A stretch of DNA of 64,000 nt, from positions 63,711,456 through 63,775,455 of the forward strand of contig NC_068992.1 of the NCBI RefSeq assembly GCF_001194135.2, in the 5' to 3' direction. Of this stretch, positions 51,886-63,960 are shown one piece after another; position 1 is the stretch's first letter; each line of letters starts with the position of its first letter. The notes beneath the pieces were generated by a model that worked only from the letters and a program-made list of their open reading frames with translations, was not told the origin of the DNA and made no database searches. Made by a program: the position numbers and the translations under genes. This DNA comes from Octopus bimaculoides (lineage: Eukaryota).

Positions 51886-52043
51886 CTGTACTTTCGAAGA
51901 ATTTTCTGAGTTTTCTCAGTAGAGTCATTTCGATCATTTTCCATTAAATAATATTGTTCTTTGAGTTCTTTGAATTCTCTTAGAGTTTCTTTCTCCATTT
52001 CTGAATCTGTGACGTCAGACCGAGCTGATATTAGGCGTGGCAT
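51886..52043 (-). CDS. ODAD1: ODAD1/CCDC114/CCDC63-family outer dynein arm docking protein, first coding exon
   Basis: ATG at 52043: MPRLISARSDVTDSEMEKETLREFKELKEQYYLMENDRNDSTEKTQKILRKY; donor ag|gtaag, phase 2. Resembles the family N-terminus (MPR..SARSD...EL.KLQ.QY..ME.DR). Confidence 0.8.
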
Positions 52044-52418
52044 TGTTAGTCCGGCAGTCTGGCAGTTTAGTAATGTGGTTGTCTGATAATCTTATAATAT
52101 CTAAATCTGGTAATCTAGCAATCTAGCAATTTGGTAATCTTGCAATATCGTAATCCTGTTTATGAGACAATTTTCAAAAAAGAACGTCCAAACAAAAGCA
52201 ATGTGGAATGAGAGGATTCACAAACAGTATAAATACATATTGAAACAATCTGCAAACGATTTCGATACATATTAGATAGTGCCCAAACAATAAAATAAAT
52301 GAAATATTGTCTATATGTGTGTGTATGTTTGTGTGTGTGTGTGTGAAAGGATTAGCTGTCGGAGTCCCGTACGTTGAAACCGACGGGAGAGTCCATCATA
52401 TATATATATATATATATA

Positions 52419-52595
52419 TACGGGACTCCGACAGCTAATCCTTTCTCTGCCGGTCAAAATACTTATGTCGAATGTGACATTTAAGTCCCGCCAACGATTT
52501 GCAAAGAAGGCCACAGAGGTTGCAAGTATGACGATTACAGGTCAGTGCTTGTGGTATATTTGCAGCCGCTTTTCTCCTCTGCTTTGCACTCCGAA
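52419..52595 (-). mobile_element. RTE-clade LINE extreme 3' end
   Basis: AKQRRKAA...HTCNLCGLLCKSLAGLKCHIRHK..* followed by a short 3' UTR into (ta)n. Confidence 0.65.
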
Positions 52596-52740
52596 TATAT
52601 ACACAAACACATATACATACATACACACACACAATATATACATATAAATAGATAAGTATATATATATATATATGTACATATATATAGATATGTACGTATG
52701 TAAGAAAGTATGTGTGTATATATATATACATACACATATA

Positions 52741-52790
<50 letters not shown>

Positions 52791-52862
52791 TATACATACA
52801 TATATATATGTATATACATACGTATATATATACATATATATATATATTATATATATATATGA

Positions 52863-52896
<34 letters not shown>

Positions 52897-53752
52897 ATAT
52901 ATATATATACACATATATGTATACATATATATACATACACATATATATATATGTATATATTCCGCTTTTATTATTGTTTCTTTCTGTTTTTCTCCCCCTC
53001 CCCCTTCACCGTTCTCTTTCTCTCCCTCACTCTTTCTCTTTGACTCTCTCCTTGCTCACACATGACCAGCGGCTATCGTTCTTTCTTCTTCTTGCTTTAC
53101 AAGAGATAAGACCTACTTATGCCTGTCTCCCGTCATAGCTCCTTTCTCCAGCGATCCCCACCATCTTGCCTCGTCATGACTCAACAGCCCTCACCGTTTG
53201 TTTTTACTGTCTTCTTCTCACTGTCCTGTTCTTGTTAACACTTTCATCCTCCGCAAAAATCCCAAATTGTATTCAATTTGATTTGCGGGAAAGACTGTTT
53301 CAACGAAGTCGCGTATTGTCTCAACCTTCGAAACGCGGAGTAGATAAAACAGGGACAACTGATGAAGGGATTATTCTTTATGTTGCCTGACTCGTTTCTC
53401 TATTTGTTTCTTTCGTTGTTCGTAAAAAAGTTCCTTTTATGTTCTCGTTCTTTTTTTCTTCACGTTTTTTTGACGTCCTGTACCCATATATGCATGTATA
53501 TATACATACATATGTAGATATGTACATATATGTATGTATATATGCATGTATATATATATTATTATATTATTACATATATATATATANNNNNNNNNNNNNN
53601 NNNNNNNNNNNNNNNNNNNNNNNNNNNNNNNNNNNNNNNNNNNNNNNNNNNNNNNNNNNNNNNNNNNNNNNNNNNNNNNNNNNNNNNNNNNNNNNNNNNN
53701 NNNNNNNNNNNNNNNNNNNGTTTATATATATGTTTATATATACACATATATT

Positions 53753-53789
<37 letters not shown>

Positions 53790-55795
53790 GTCGTGAGGTC
53801 ACCCTTTGGCAGCTGAACTGGGGCGACGCGAAACAAAGCGTTATCCTTAAGAACGCAACATATCACCGGTCTGGGAATCGAAACCACGATTGCAGGATCG
53901 TGAGCGTAACACCCTAACCAAACATACGCGCGCACGCGCGCACACATACATACATACATACATACATACATACTTACTTACATACATACTTTGTTGTTGA
54001 TGTTGAAATTCCAATGAATGAGCCTTGAATCTATGTTAGAAACCGGTCCTTTCTCTATTGGCGAGATATCTTGAAATAAAACTGAACAATGACACACACA
54101 CACACATATGTATGAAAGTGTGTGGCTTACTGATGAGGATATTTGACTCACGATCTTAACACCGTGAGTTCGATACTCGCCAGAGCGTTATGTCTTGAGC
54201 AAGGCACTTCATTTCACATTATTACAGTTCGCTCAGCTCGAAAAAATGAGTAGCACCTATATTTCAAAGGATCAGCCTTGTTACATTCCGTGTCATACTG
54301 AATCTCCCTGAGAAATACATTAAAGGTACTCGCATCTGTGGAGGACTCAGCCACCTGCACATTAATTTCACGAGCAGGCTGCTCTATGGATCGGATCAAC
54401 ATGCACATTCGTTATCACAACCGACGGAGTACCAACCAACTGCATACATGTATGTATGCATGTATGTATGCATGCATGCTTGTCTCTTTGTGAGGGAGAG
54501 ACAGAGAGAAAATGAAGGAGGAATCTTGAGTACTGAGAAGCCATTATTATTAACCATAATTAAATAATGTACTATATCTGACAATCAATTTAGCTCCCCA
54601 GCGAATTGAATCTGTATAAAAGCATATCTAAATCGTATCTTTTATTTCTCGTATCGAAAATAAAAGATCAATACATGCTTCTATAGATCGATATTACACC
54701 TGTAACAACCTGAATGACCTTAACAACAATAACTACAGCAATTAACCAGTTTAACGCTGATTGCAACAATTATATAATAAGAGATGCCATGGGAATTATT
54801 AAAAGAGGTTTGCACGTAGACAAAAGTGAAATCCCGAGAGTTTTACGGAAACAATACAATATCTATACCTATATATATGGCTGCATACATATATACATAC
54901 ATATATATATATATATGTATATATACAAGCATATATATACACACACACACACATATATATATATATATGTGCATATATAATGAATAGTAAATAATATATA
55001 TATATATACATGCATATATGGGAACAGGACGTCACCAACGGTTCAAACAACATGGAATAAATAAACAAACGATTTAAATACCTAAACAAAGAGAAAAATG
55101 GAGTACAGGACAAGTAAACACAGAGAAAGGACCCTTCATCACTTGTCGGCTGTCTGTCTACTCCTCATTTTGAGCATTCATCGACAATATAAGTCTTCAA
55201 AGACAGTTACAAATATATATATATATATATACTATTTTTTTCTTTCTCTACCACTCTTCACATGTGTCCGGCTACTGCCTTCTTTCTTATCTTCGCCACT
55301 GCCAACCCAGCACGAACTTCTCTCTCCCTTCTAGTTCGTCTCATCACAGCGTTCAGTATACATATACATTTTTCTCACGTCTGGCCCTACTAGCCCTTCT
55401 TGTTTATTTTCGCTGTTTCGTTTTCCGTTCGCCACGATATTCCTCCGCATTACAAATTTAATTTGTTTCCGCGGGAAGAGCCATTCTAACAATGCGTCCT
55501 GCGCTAACTCTTCGAAACGCTTAGTTTTAGAATGGTGGCAGTTGATGAACGAAATGTTCTCTATGTGGCCTGTGTGTTTTCTGTACTCTGATTATGTTCT
55601 GTTTTTCATTTTGTCCACGTTTTTTTGTGACGTCCTGTACCCAGACAAGCATTTATATATACATGTAGATGTATGTATGTACATACCTGTACGTATATAT
55701 GCATATACTCACATATTATTTGTATTACATATATATATATATACACGTAATTTCTTACATACATAATGGAAGTCTGTCCTGGTTCGACAATGACG

Positions 55796-56053
55796 TCAGT
55801 GACGCCGGAGGTGGGAGCGGAGCCCGAAAGCGGATGCGCAGACGCTGCCACATGTTGGGCACGTGATAGCAGAAGTAGGGTTGGGGATCCTCTCTTTTCG
55901 GGCTTGTTGCTTCTGGTTCATGTTCTTGAGGCGCTTTTCTTCGAACAGCCTAACACCCTTTTGGACAGCTGGATGCCAGGCGCCGCCGTCAGAGGCAATC
56001 GATTCCCAGTCACGGGCTGAAATGCCGCAGGCCTCGAGGGAAGTTTTCAGAAA
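55796..56053 (-). mobile_element. RTE-clade LINE 3' end (ORF C-terminus with zinc-finger-like motif)
   Basis: LKTSLEACGISARDWESIASDGGAWHPAVQKGVRLFEEKR...CPTCGSVCASAFGLRSHLRRH*, typical of RTE/BovB C-termini. Confidence 0.85.
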
Positions 56054-56193
56054 GAAAACGGTGAAGGACGGAGGGGGAGTAAAAGGGAATTAGAGAAGGA
56101 TAGAGGAAAAAACAGAAGAGAGTAGAGAGTCGCATCAAGAGGGTAAAGATAAACTTACTAGGAAATAGATGCGTGGCATTCAATTAAATAGTA

Positions 56194-56238
<45 letters not shown>

Positions 56239-56256
56239 TGCATNNNNNNNNNNATA

Positions 56257-56297
<41 letters not shown>

Positions 56298-56501
56298 TGC
56301 ATATATGGGTACAGGACGTCACCGATGGTTCAAAGAACATGAAATACGTAAAAACAGAGACAAAAATGGAGAACAGGACAAGTAAACAGAGAAAGGATCC
56401 TTTCATCAGTTATCAGCTGTCTATCTACTCCTCATTTCGATCAATATATGCAGATATATATATCTGTATATATATATATGCATATAATACATACACATAT
56501 A

Positions 56502-56549
<48 letters not shown>

Positions 56550-58106
56550 TATAATACATACACATATATGCATATATATATATACATATATATGCATATA
56601 TATACATACACATATATGCATATATATATATACATATATATGCATATATATACATATATATATACATATAAGGCGAGCTGACAGCCGTTATGTCCTGAGT
56701 TCAAATTCCACCGAGGTCGTCTTTGCCTTTTATCCTTCGTGGTCGATAAATTAAGTACCAGTTACGCAGTTGCGCTGATGTAATCGATTCATCCCCATCC
56801 CAAAAATTTCATACCTTGTACCTATAGTAGCAAGGATATACATACATACATACATACATATCAGAAGTATTCCTGTCGTGACCACCCTAAGCTTTTTGTG
56901 TTTTTATTTTTCAGAAATTAATGTAATAGAAGTATTTAGAAGTAGATTTATTGTGTTCTTCCCTTTTTTTTAAGACTGCAAGGAAAGATTTACAATAGAT
57001 TTGGCTGCTGTTTCTAACTGGGAGGCTGACCATGTAGACGTTTTTCTACTTGTTGACGCTGTCGATAGTTAGAAGGGAGAAATGAAAGAAAAGAAGTGCT
57101 TGGGAGTGAATAGAGCAGCCTTAGTTGAGCTGCCAACTGATCAAAGACGTTCCAACTGTGACCGTCCTGTCATTCGTTTGCTTTGTGTTTCGTTTCCTTG
57201 TTTGTTTTTGCTTTTTTGGACAAAAGAAGGAAGAGAGTATCTAAGACACAGGCACCCTTTCTGCTGTAAGTATTTGTGTTTTGGAACTCTAATGCCGTGA
57301 TAATCTGGTTATACAACAACAAAAATAATGATTTCTTTTATTGGCCACAAGGGCCGAAATAATATAATGATAATAATAATAACAATAATAATAAAAGAGT
57401 AATTACTCTAATAACTCTTTAACATCTACTTACCTTCAATTACTTCCGAAAATAGTCGAGTCGGTTGGTAGTTGCTGACTTAACAGAATTGTGTAAACAA
57501 CACCTTGTCTCTTCACAGTTGCTAACAGCAACAGGTACTATTCGTTAATTAAACGTAGGGGAAACAACTAGATCTTTAGAGTTACGTCCCTTAAAAGAAG
57601 AAGCAATTAAAAAATAGTTTTGCGTGAAAGGCAACTACACGATTTCATGTTCGATATCATTGTAGTGCTCTTTTACCAAATTGTCTTTTATGGTACCATA
57701 AAAATTTACCAATGCTTTGTAGAATTTGTGAGGTTGAGGCAGTAGGAGCTCCTGAAAATATTTACCGTATTTTCCGACACCAAGTCAACGTAGTATATCG
57801 TATAAACTTTCAAACACCGCCACTATCTTTCCAAATGCCATTGCATTTCACTAGGAATTTTTGATCCTCCAAACCTGTCTTGGTGCCTAATCCCATCTGC
57901 CTTTTTTTTAGCCGTAAATTTTGGTCAAAAAAGTTAGACTTATTTCTAACTGGGAGGTTGGGATCAAATCCAGGTGAAATTGACTGGACCAGTTCAGCTT
58001 CCAGGGTTTATCACCGGAATCCCGTTCAACACTGTACCTTGAGGAGCCATGCTTCCCGGACGCAACATGGGGCGCGAGGGTGGACCCGCGCCCCACCTCC
58101 TCAACT

Positions 58107-58215
58107 CCCTAGGCCATGGGTGGGGAACCTTTTCGTTCATGAAGGCTACCTTACGATTCATCGCCCCTCATAGAGACCGCATTGAACAAATATTTTTGTC
58201 ATTTTATCCCTAGGC
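58107..58215 (+). mobile_element. hAT (Charlie-like) left end flanked by an 8-bp direct repeat
   Basis: ccctaggc (58107-58114) | catgggtggggaaccttt... | ccctaggc (58208-58215). The TIR-like start and NNCTAGNN target are typical of Charlie-type hATs; no right TIR is seen. Confidence 0.5.
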
Positions 58216-59343
58216 TTAGGCCACTTAGTAATTTAGTAGTAAAGTCATAAAAAAAAGAGACAGGTGAATAAAAATTGGAAATATGACATTTTCAAATATT
58301 TTACTGAAGTAGGAACTTTTTTTTAATAAGTAAATGAAAAATAATCTTTTAAAAAAAGTCAAGCTTATAAAGACCGAGAAAATGAAATTTTGAAATATTT
58401 CCTTTAGGCATGTATTTACTCTTTATTCAAATTAATGACTTCTTTGAGTTTGCTTTCTTTGAGAAAGCATTTTGATATCCGGTTCCAACAGAGTGGTTCT
58501 TAGTATCAATTGGTCCTCTAAATGCTCATCTGTCAACTGTGTTCTCAGTGAATTATTGATTTGCGTCAAGCACGAGAATGTGGATTTGCAACAGTATATT
58601 GCAGAAAAGTAGGAAATCAGTCGGAGTGCATGTTCACGAAGACGTGGATATTCTATTGCCTTTGAACTCTACATATTCATATCCAGTGTTGGTTTATTTA
58701 TGTCTCTGTACCTTAACAATTTACAAGAAAAAAAATTGTTGAGAGAATTAGTGCCTGACTTTAAACAAGTATTATAGGCAATCTAGTTGACTGAAACAAA
58801 TTATATAAACATACAACATAAATTCAACCCTTTTCATACCAAACTGCCTCACTCCACCCTTGGTTCTGTAATACAAACTTCTTGTTTTAAAGCGATCTAA
58901 ATTAAAACATTCCATCAAAATTTCATGTCAATTCCTGTTCCAAACAGAGGTGGGTTAACTGACAGAATTGTTACCCCATCAGACGAAATGCTAAACAACA
59001 TTTCTTCCAGCTCTTTAGGTTTTTAGTTCAATCCCTGCCAAGCAAAACTTTACCTTTTGTCCTTTCAGGCCTGACAACATAATGTACCAAATTATAAGGG
59101 TAATCCTCACACTCAGAATTCTTGGCCTTGTGCCAAAATTAGAAAATTTATGTTCCATAATGACTCGAATATTTTACTTAATTCCATTAATTTACAAATT
59201 TATTGAAACAAAGGCAGTGTATTTCATAAGGGTTAATGAGTTAGACATTCAATAAATCAAACAACTGAAGACGTATCACTGAACAAATGGCAGATCCATC
59301 AATGAGTCCCAAGATGTGGGCCACGATTTTGTAGCGAGGTGCT

Positions 59344-59762
59344 ACATTTGACGGATATTTGTCCTCATCTTGTTTGTTGTTAACACAATGTTTTGGCTGA
59401 TATACCCTCCTGCCTTCTTCAGGTGTCTTAGGGAAATTTCGAACCTGGGTTCTCATTCCTAAAATATTTTTTGATGTTGTTATTATTATAATTTTTATTA
59501 TTATTATTATTCAGGTCACTGCATGGAATCGAACTTGGAATCTTGGGGTTAGTAGCCTGTGCTCTTAACCACTAACCCCAAGATTCCAAGTTCAATTCCA
59601 GGCAGTGACCTGAATAATAATAATAATAATAACGAAAAATACCCTAGGAATGAGAGCCCAAGTTCGAAATTTCCCCAAGACACCTGAAGAAGACTGGAGG
59701 GTATATCAGACAAAACATTGTGTTAACAACAAACAAAATGAGAACAAATATCCGTCAAACGT
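59344..59762. mobile_element. Head-to-head inverted pair of tRNA-headed SINE-like elements with decayed hammerhead tails
   Basis: Arms ~59344-59553 and 59571-59762 are reverse complements. Head agtggttaagagcacaggctactaacccc...gttcgattcc (A/B-box-like). Tail GACAC-CUGAAGA-A-stem-(G>A)AAA-CA-UU-GUGUU at 59382-59427 (-) and 59679-59724 (+). Confidence 0.75.
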
Positions 59763-60061
59763 AAATAATTCCTCATCTCTTAAATATAAAACGGTGCAGG
59801 TGTTGTCAAGAAGCAGCACCTTGAGCAAGTTTTTTCTACTATTGACCAATGCTTTGTGAGTGGATTTGGTGAACAGAAACCGAAATAAGCTGCCAGTACA
59901 CTCTATAAGGTGGTTGGCATTTGGAAGGGCATCCAGCTGTAGAAACCATACCAAAGTAGAGACTGAAGCTTGGCACTGTCCTCTTGTTCATTGGTTCCTG
60001 TCAAACCATTCCACCCATGCCAGTATGGAAGACAGAAATTAAATAAAAATGACATTGATAT

Positions 60062-60095
<34 letters not shown>

Positions 60096-60254
60096 AAGCA
60101 TGTATACACCATATGAATCAGAAAAGAAAACAAAGCATGTAAAGGGAGGAAGCAGAGGAGGAGGTGGAGGAGGAGGAAGAAGAAAGTTGACAAAGTGCAA
60201 GGGTGAGGTGAGAAATAAAACTGTACAACTACTTGCATGGTTGAGGTTTGAAAA

Positions 60255-60274
60255 TTTATTACAAGTCATTTATT
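60255..60274 (-). terminator. Candidate polyadenylation signals for UBE4B (two AATAAA)
   Basis: tttatt on + at 60255-60260 and 60269-60274, ~870 nt past the stop, with a U-rich stretch downstream on the - strand. AATAAA is common in AT-rich DNA. Confidence 0.3.
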
Positions 60275-61144
60275 AATAAGTATCCAATAACTGGAATAAT
60301 TTAAAACATTCTGTTTTCATTTCATTTCATTTTGTTGGTTGGTTGGTTGGTTGGTTGGTTGGTTGGTTGGTTTGCTGGTTGGTTGGTTGGTTTGCTGGGT
60401 TTTTTGTTTGTTTGGTTTGTCTGTTTTGTTTTTTGTTTCTTAAATTCATCTCAGCTATATTATAGGCTTTTATTATTATTATCACGTGAATGAACGAAGA
60501 CAAACACCCCAGGAAAGACTGCAGTTGAGTCCTGTTAGCAGTGACCGTGGCATGTGACTCTTGCAGATATCACAGTATGTGAGGCGAAGTCTTAGTGGAA
60601 GAGAAAGAGAAGGCAGAAGAAGAGGAGGAGGAGGAGGAAAAGAGGAAGAAAACTGAGGAATTTGTAGTGGTACACCTCTCGACATAAGTGCAACATTGCA
60701 ATTACATTATGAGGTAGGTGTTGTGGGTAGAGAGCAAGAGAGAGAGAGAGAGAAAGAAGAGAGGAGAGAGAGAGAAAGAAGAGAGGAGAGAGAGAGAAAG
60801 AAGAGAGGAGAGAGAGAGAAAGAAGAGAGGAGAGAGAAATATTTGGTAGTTGGACACGTGTGTATGGAGTTGAGTGCACACGCATACACACACGCACATG
60901 CAGGCATGCATACTTCTATGCATTAAAAAAAAAAGGTGAAATTCCCTTACATACACAATGCATATAGACTCCAGTTTTGTAAACTGTGCGCGCGCACACA
61001 CACATCCGCACACACAAGCACACACACAAATCCATGGCAACACAAGTCACTGATAGTGAGAAACAAGAAAACACAATAGATGAGGCCACTGCAACAGATG
61101 TAATTTTCCAGAAAAAAAGACCCAAAACATCAATATAAAACAAG

Positions 61145-61215
61145 TCAGGGGTCACTCTTCTTGCTGTTCAGCTTGTGTGCCATCCAAGTCTGTATTTTTT
61201 CTTTCAGATGTGTAG
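61145..61215 (-). CDS. UBE4B: UBE4B last coding exon
   Basis: ttgcgtag|61215, phase 1; (A)THLKEKIQTWMAHKLNSKKSDP* (cf. PELKEQIQAWM). Not in the ORF track. Confidence 0.85.
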
Positions 61216-61274
61216 CTACGCAAGTATAAAAAAGAAAGAAAGAAAAAAAAAAAACAGTTAACAAAACTGACATA

Positions 61275-61570
61275 AATACATCACAGCTAAGTACTGCAAT
61301 GGATGATGGCATCTGTAATAACATATCATAGCTGACAAATGTAATAAACGATGAGAACTAATTACTGTGATATATGACGTCACAAGTCACAGTTAAATGC
61401 TTCTATATAAGACATGCCACAGCTAGATACTGTTATATAAGACATCACACATTGCAGCTAACTACTGTTAGATATGACATGTCACAGCTGACCACTGCTA
61501 TATAAGACGTCACAGCTAACTGCTGTTCTATAAGACGTCACAGCTAATTACTGTTATTTGAGATCTCACA
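61275..61570. repeat. Degenerate ~28-30-bp minisatellite in the last UBE4B intron
   Basis: Repeating cacagctaactactgttatataagac(g/a)t units. Confidence 0.7.
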
Positions 61571-61762
61571 AATGACTTCTGGAGATCTTAAGAAATTTGG
61601 TGAGTTCAAATTTTGGCATGACCGATTCAACTTTCCAACGAGGAATAAAATGTGATGCAACAATGTTAAAATAATTGAATCCTAACTGGTAATCATCTTC
61701 CAGCTGTAATATATCGTAAGTTTATTCAAACAACCTAACTAAACAAACCAAAATCCATTTAC

Positions 61763-61909
61763 CTGGAACAAGTTGCTCTTCAGTTAATACCTGTCTGTTA
61801 AATGGGTCTGTCTGGGAATTTAACAAGTGTCTGAGAATAATTGGTCGATCCATAATGGTTCCACTTGGTAGAAGCACTGGATCGTTCATTAATGTATCCA
61901 TCAATGGAT
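61763..61909 (-). CDS. UBE4B: UBE4B U-box exon
   Basis: cttgtag|61909, 61763|gtaaat, phase 1-1; [49 protein letters not shown] is a canonical UBE4B U-box. Confidence 0.95.
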
Positions 61910-62024
61910 CTACAAGAGAACAACACAAGAACATAAATCAAAATCCATAAAATATAAAGCAATGATTGCCAGAGTAATAAAAAAGGGAGAGTTGTAAATA
62001 GTGTAGGGGGGGGGGATAGACAGA

Positions 62025-62200
62025 CAGACTGAGAGAGAGAGAGACAGACTGAGAGAGAGAGAGACAGACTGAGAGAGAGAGAGACAGACTGAGAGAGAGA
62101 GAGACAGACTGAGAGAGAGAGAGACAGACTGAGAGAGAGAGAGACAGACTGAGAGAGAGAGAGACAGACTGAGAGAGAGAGAGACAGACTGAGAGAGAGA
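62025..62200. repeat. 20-bp tandem repeat (gagacagactgagagagaga)n
   Basis: About 8 near-identical units; a similar 20-mer array (gagagaaagaagagaggaga)n is at ~60745-60838. Confidence 0.9.
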
Positions 62201-62278
62201 GAGAGAAAAAAAGAGAGAGAGAAAAACAGAGAGAAAAACAGAGAGAGACAGAGAGAGAGAAGATCAAGGAAGTGTCAC

Positions 62279-62453
62279 CTTTAAATTCATCTGGGATTTC
62301 TCCAAAATCAATTTCTGCTCGTTGCTTCTGCACAACAATTGCTTCGACTTTTTCTTGTAGTTTGCGAAATTGTTCAATATCTCGGTCAGTTTTGATACGA
62401 GCTCTCTGTATTCTAGATATGGCATCATCGAACAATATTTTACGATAGGAACG
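62279..62453 (-). CDS. UBE4B: Ubiquitin conjugation factor E4B (Ufd2) exon
   Basis: ctcttccag|62453, 62279|gtgaca, phase 0-1; RSYRKILFDDAISRIQRARIKT..IEQFRKLQEKVEAIVVQKQRAEIDFGEIPDEFK resembles UBE4B RSYSKELFEEVI...AEIDYSDAPDEFR. Confidence 0.92.
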
Positions 62454-63901
62454 CTGGAAGAGAAACACTTTCAATTAAAGATAAATACCACACATATACA
62501 CACACAGAACATAGCACACAAATCTCCCTCAAATTACACCCTTTTGTCTTAAAGCAAGAAGGACACACTCGAATGTGGGTACGAGATATACTGGACATTG
62601 CTGTCTTGAGTCCCTAGACTCACAAGACAGGTTATCTGATCTCCACAGCATATAAGAGACCAAGATCACAACATTCCTCTTGAAGAGGCTGCCAGTTCAT
62701 TGTAGAGTTATTCATTTATAATAGAATGGACTAAAGCAATATGAATGAAGTGTTTTGCACAATATATATATATATATATATGAAACGCCTGTGTTAGAAT
62801 GGTGGCAGCTGATGAAGGAAAATGTTCTCTATGTGGCCTGTGTGTTCTGTACTCTCGTTATTATTACTTTTTTGTCTACGTTTTGTTTGCAACGTCCTGT
62901 ACCCAGATATGCACCTATATATACAGGTAGATGTAGGTATGCATATACTCATTTATTATTTGTTTTATATATATATACACTGCCCAGGCAGGAATAGAAA
63001 CCATAATCTTGTAATCACAAGTCCAACACCCTATCCAGAAGGCCACATACCTTCCACACTAGATATACTGTGTCTGAATAAAAGCACACAGGATGGTCAT
63101 GTCCAGGATGTCTTAATCATAAGCCAGCTAGATCAAACCCGAGCCCAAAAGAACAACACGTTCCCCCATGATGCAGTTGACATTTTCTAAAGAAATTGAC
63201 TAAAATCAGGAAAATTTCCAAACTTTCTCTCAGGATTGAAATCCTGACCACATGGTCTCTAGTTTAAACTTTCAAATCCTTTCATGAAGGTTACATAACC
63301 CTGCTAGCTCTAGTTTACATTGTATTGAGTATCTTAGTGGTATAAGTAGGGAACATTAAGTCACAGAAACAATTACTTCAAGTAATCTAACCATACCATG
63401 CAAGCTACTAGTAAGGGGAGATAATTACAATGGAATTATTTGTACACCGTAAGACTTGTTAAAGTTATCTCTCCAGATATTTTATAGAAATTATAGCCAG
63501 CACTGACTTTTGTTATGATGTTTCAGATCCAAGATGTCAGATGTAAACAAAAAATGGGATTGAAGATGAAAAATGGCAATGGGCGTATATGTCACATTTT
63601 GGGAGTTTTTGCTCCCTCATCAACACCTAATAAACACATTCCTTTATTATCCATGAACAGGTTACTTAAATAGCCACTAAATACAGCAGTGTAACATTAT
63701 TAAATATGCCAATTTCACATAATAAACACACTCCTGGAAAGTGGTTCGTAATATATAACATAATATCAATAATGTAAAGAGACTTGTTATGATAGTCAGG
63801 ATGGAGGGTCAGAATGGTTTGCACTGTAGGACTGCTGCTCAAAAGGGATGTAACAGCAACAACAATAACAAGTGTTCTATGCCACTAGCCATCCATAAAA
63901 C

Positions 63902-63960
63902 CTCTACATCAGTGGTTCTCAGCCATTCTTTTACCTTTAGCCTACTTTGGTTATTATTTT
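63902..63960 (+). mobile_element. hAT (Charlie/MER5-like) terminal sequence
   Basis: cagtggttctcagcc at 63910, preceded by ctctacat (NTCTA-AN-like target). Confidence 0.4.

Noticed and set aside
58069-58112. GC hairpin plus CTAG as a Helitron 3' end
   Set aside because: CTAG is followed by G rather than the host T, no 5' TC end was found, and the CTAG is explained by the hAT target site.
62025-62200. Regular 20-bp arrays (also ~60745-60838) as possible CRISPR
   Set aside because: No unique spacers, purine-only simple sequence, eukaryotic context and no cas genes.
63050-63190. Apparent - strand exon (tttctttag ... gaag|gtatgt) upstream of the UBE4B exons
   Set aside because: Stops in all three frames and no similarity to the expected KLLDQLTDIYL segment; the donor lies in a SINE head.
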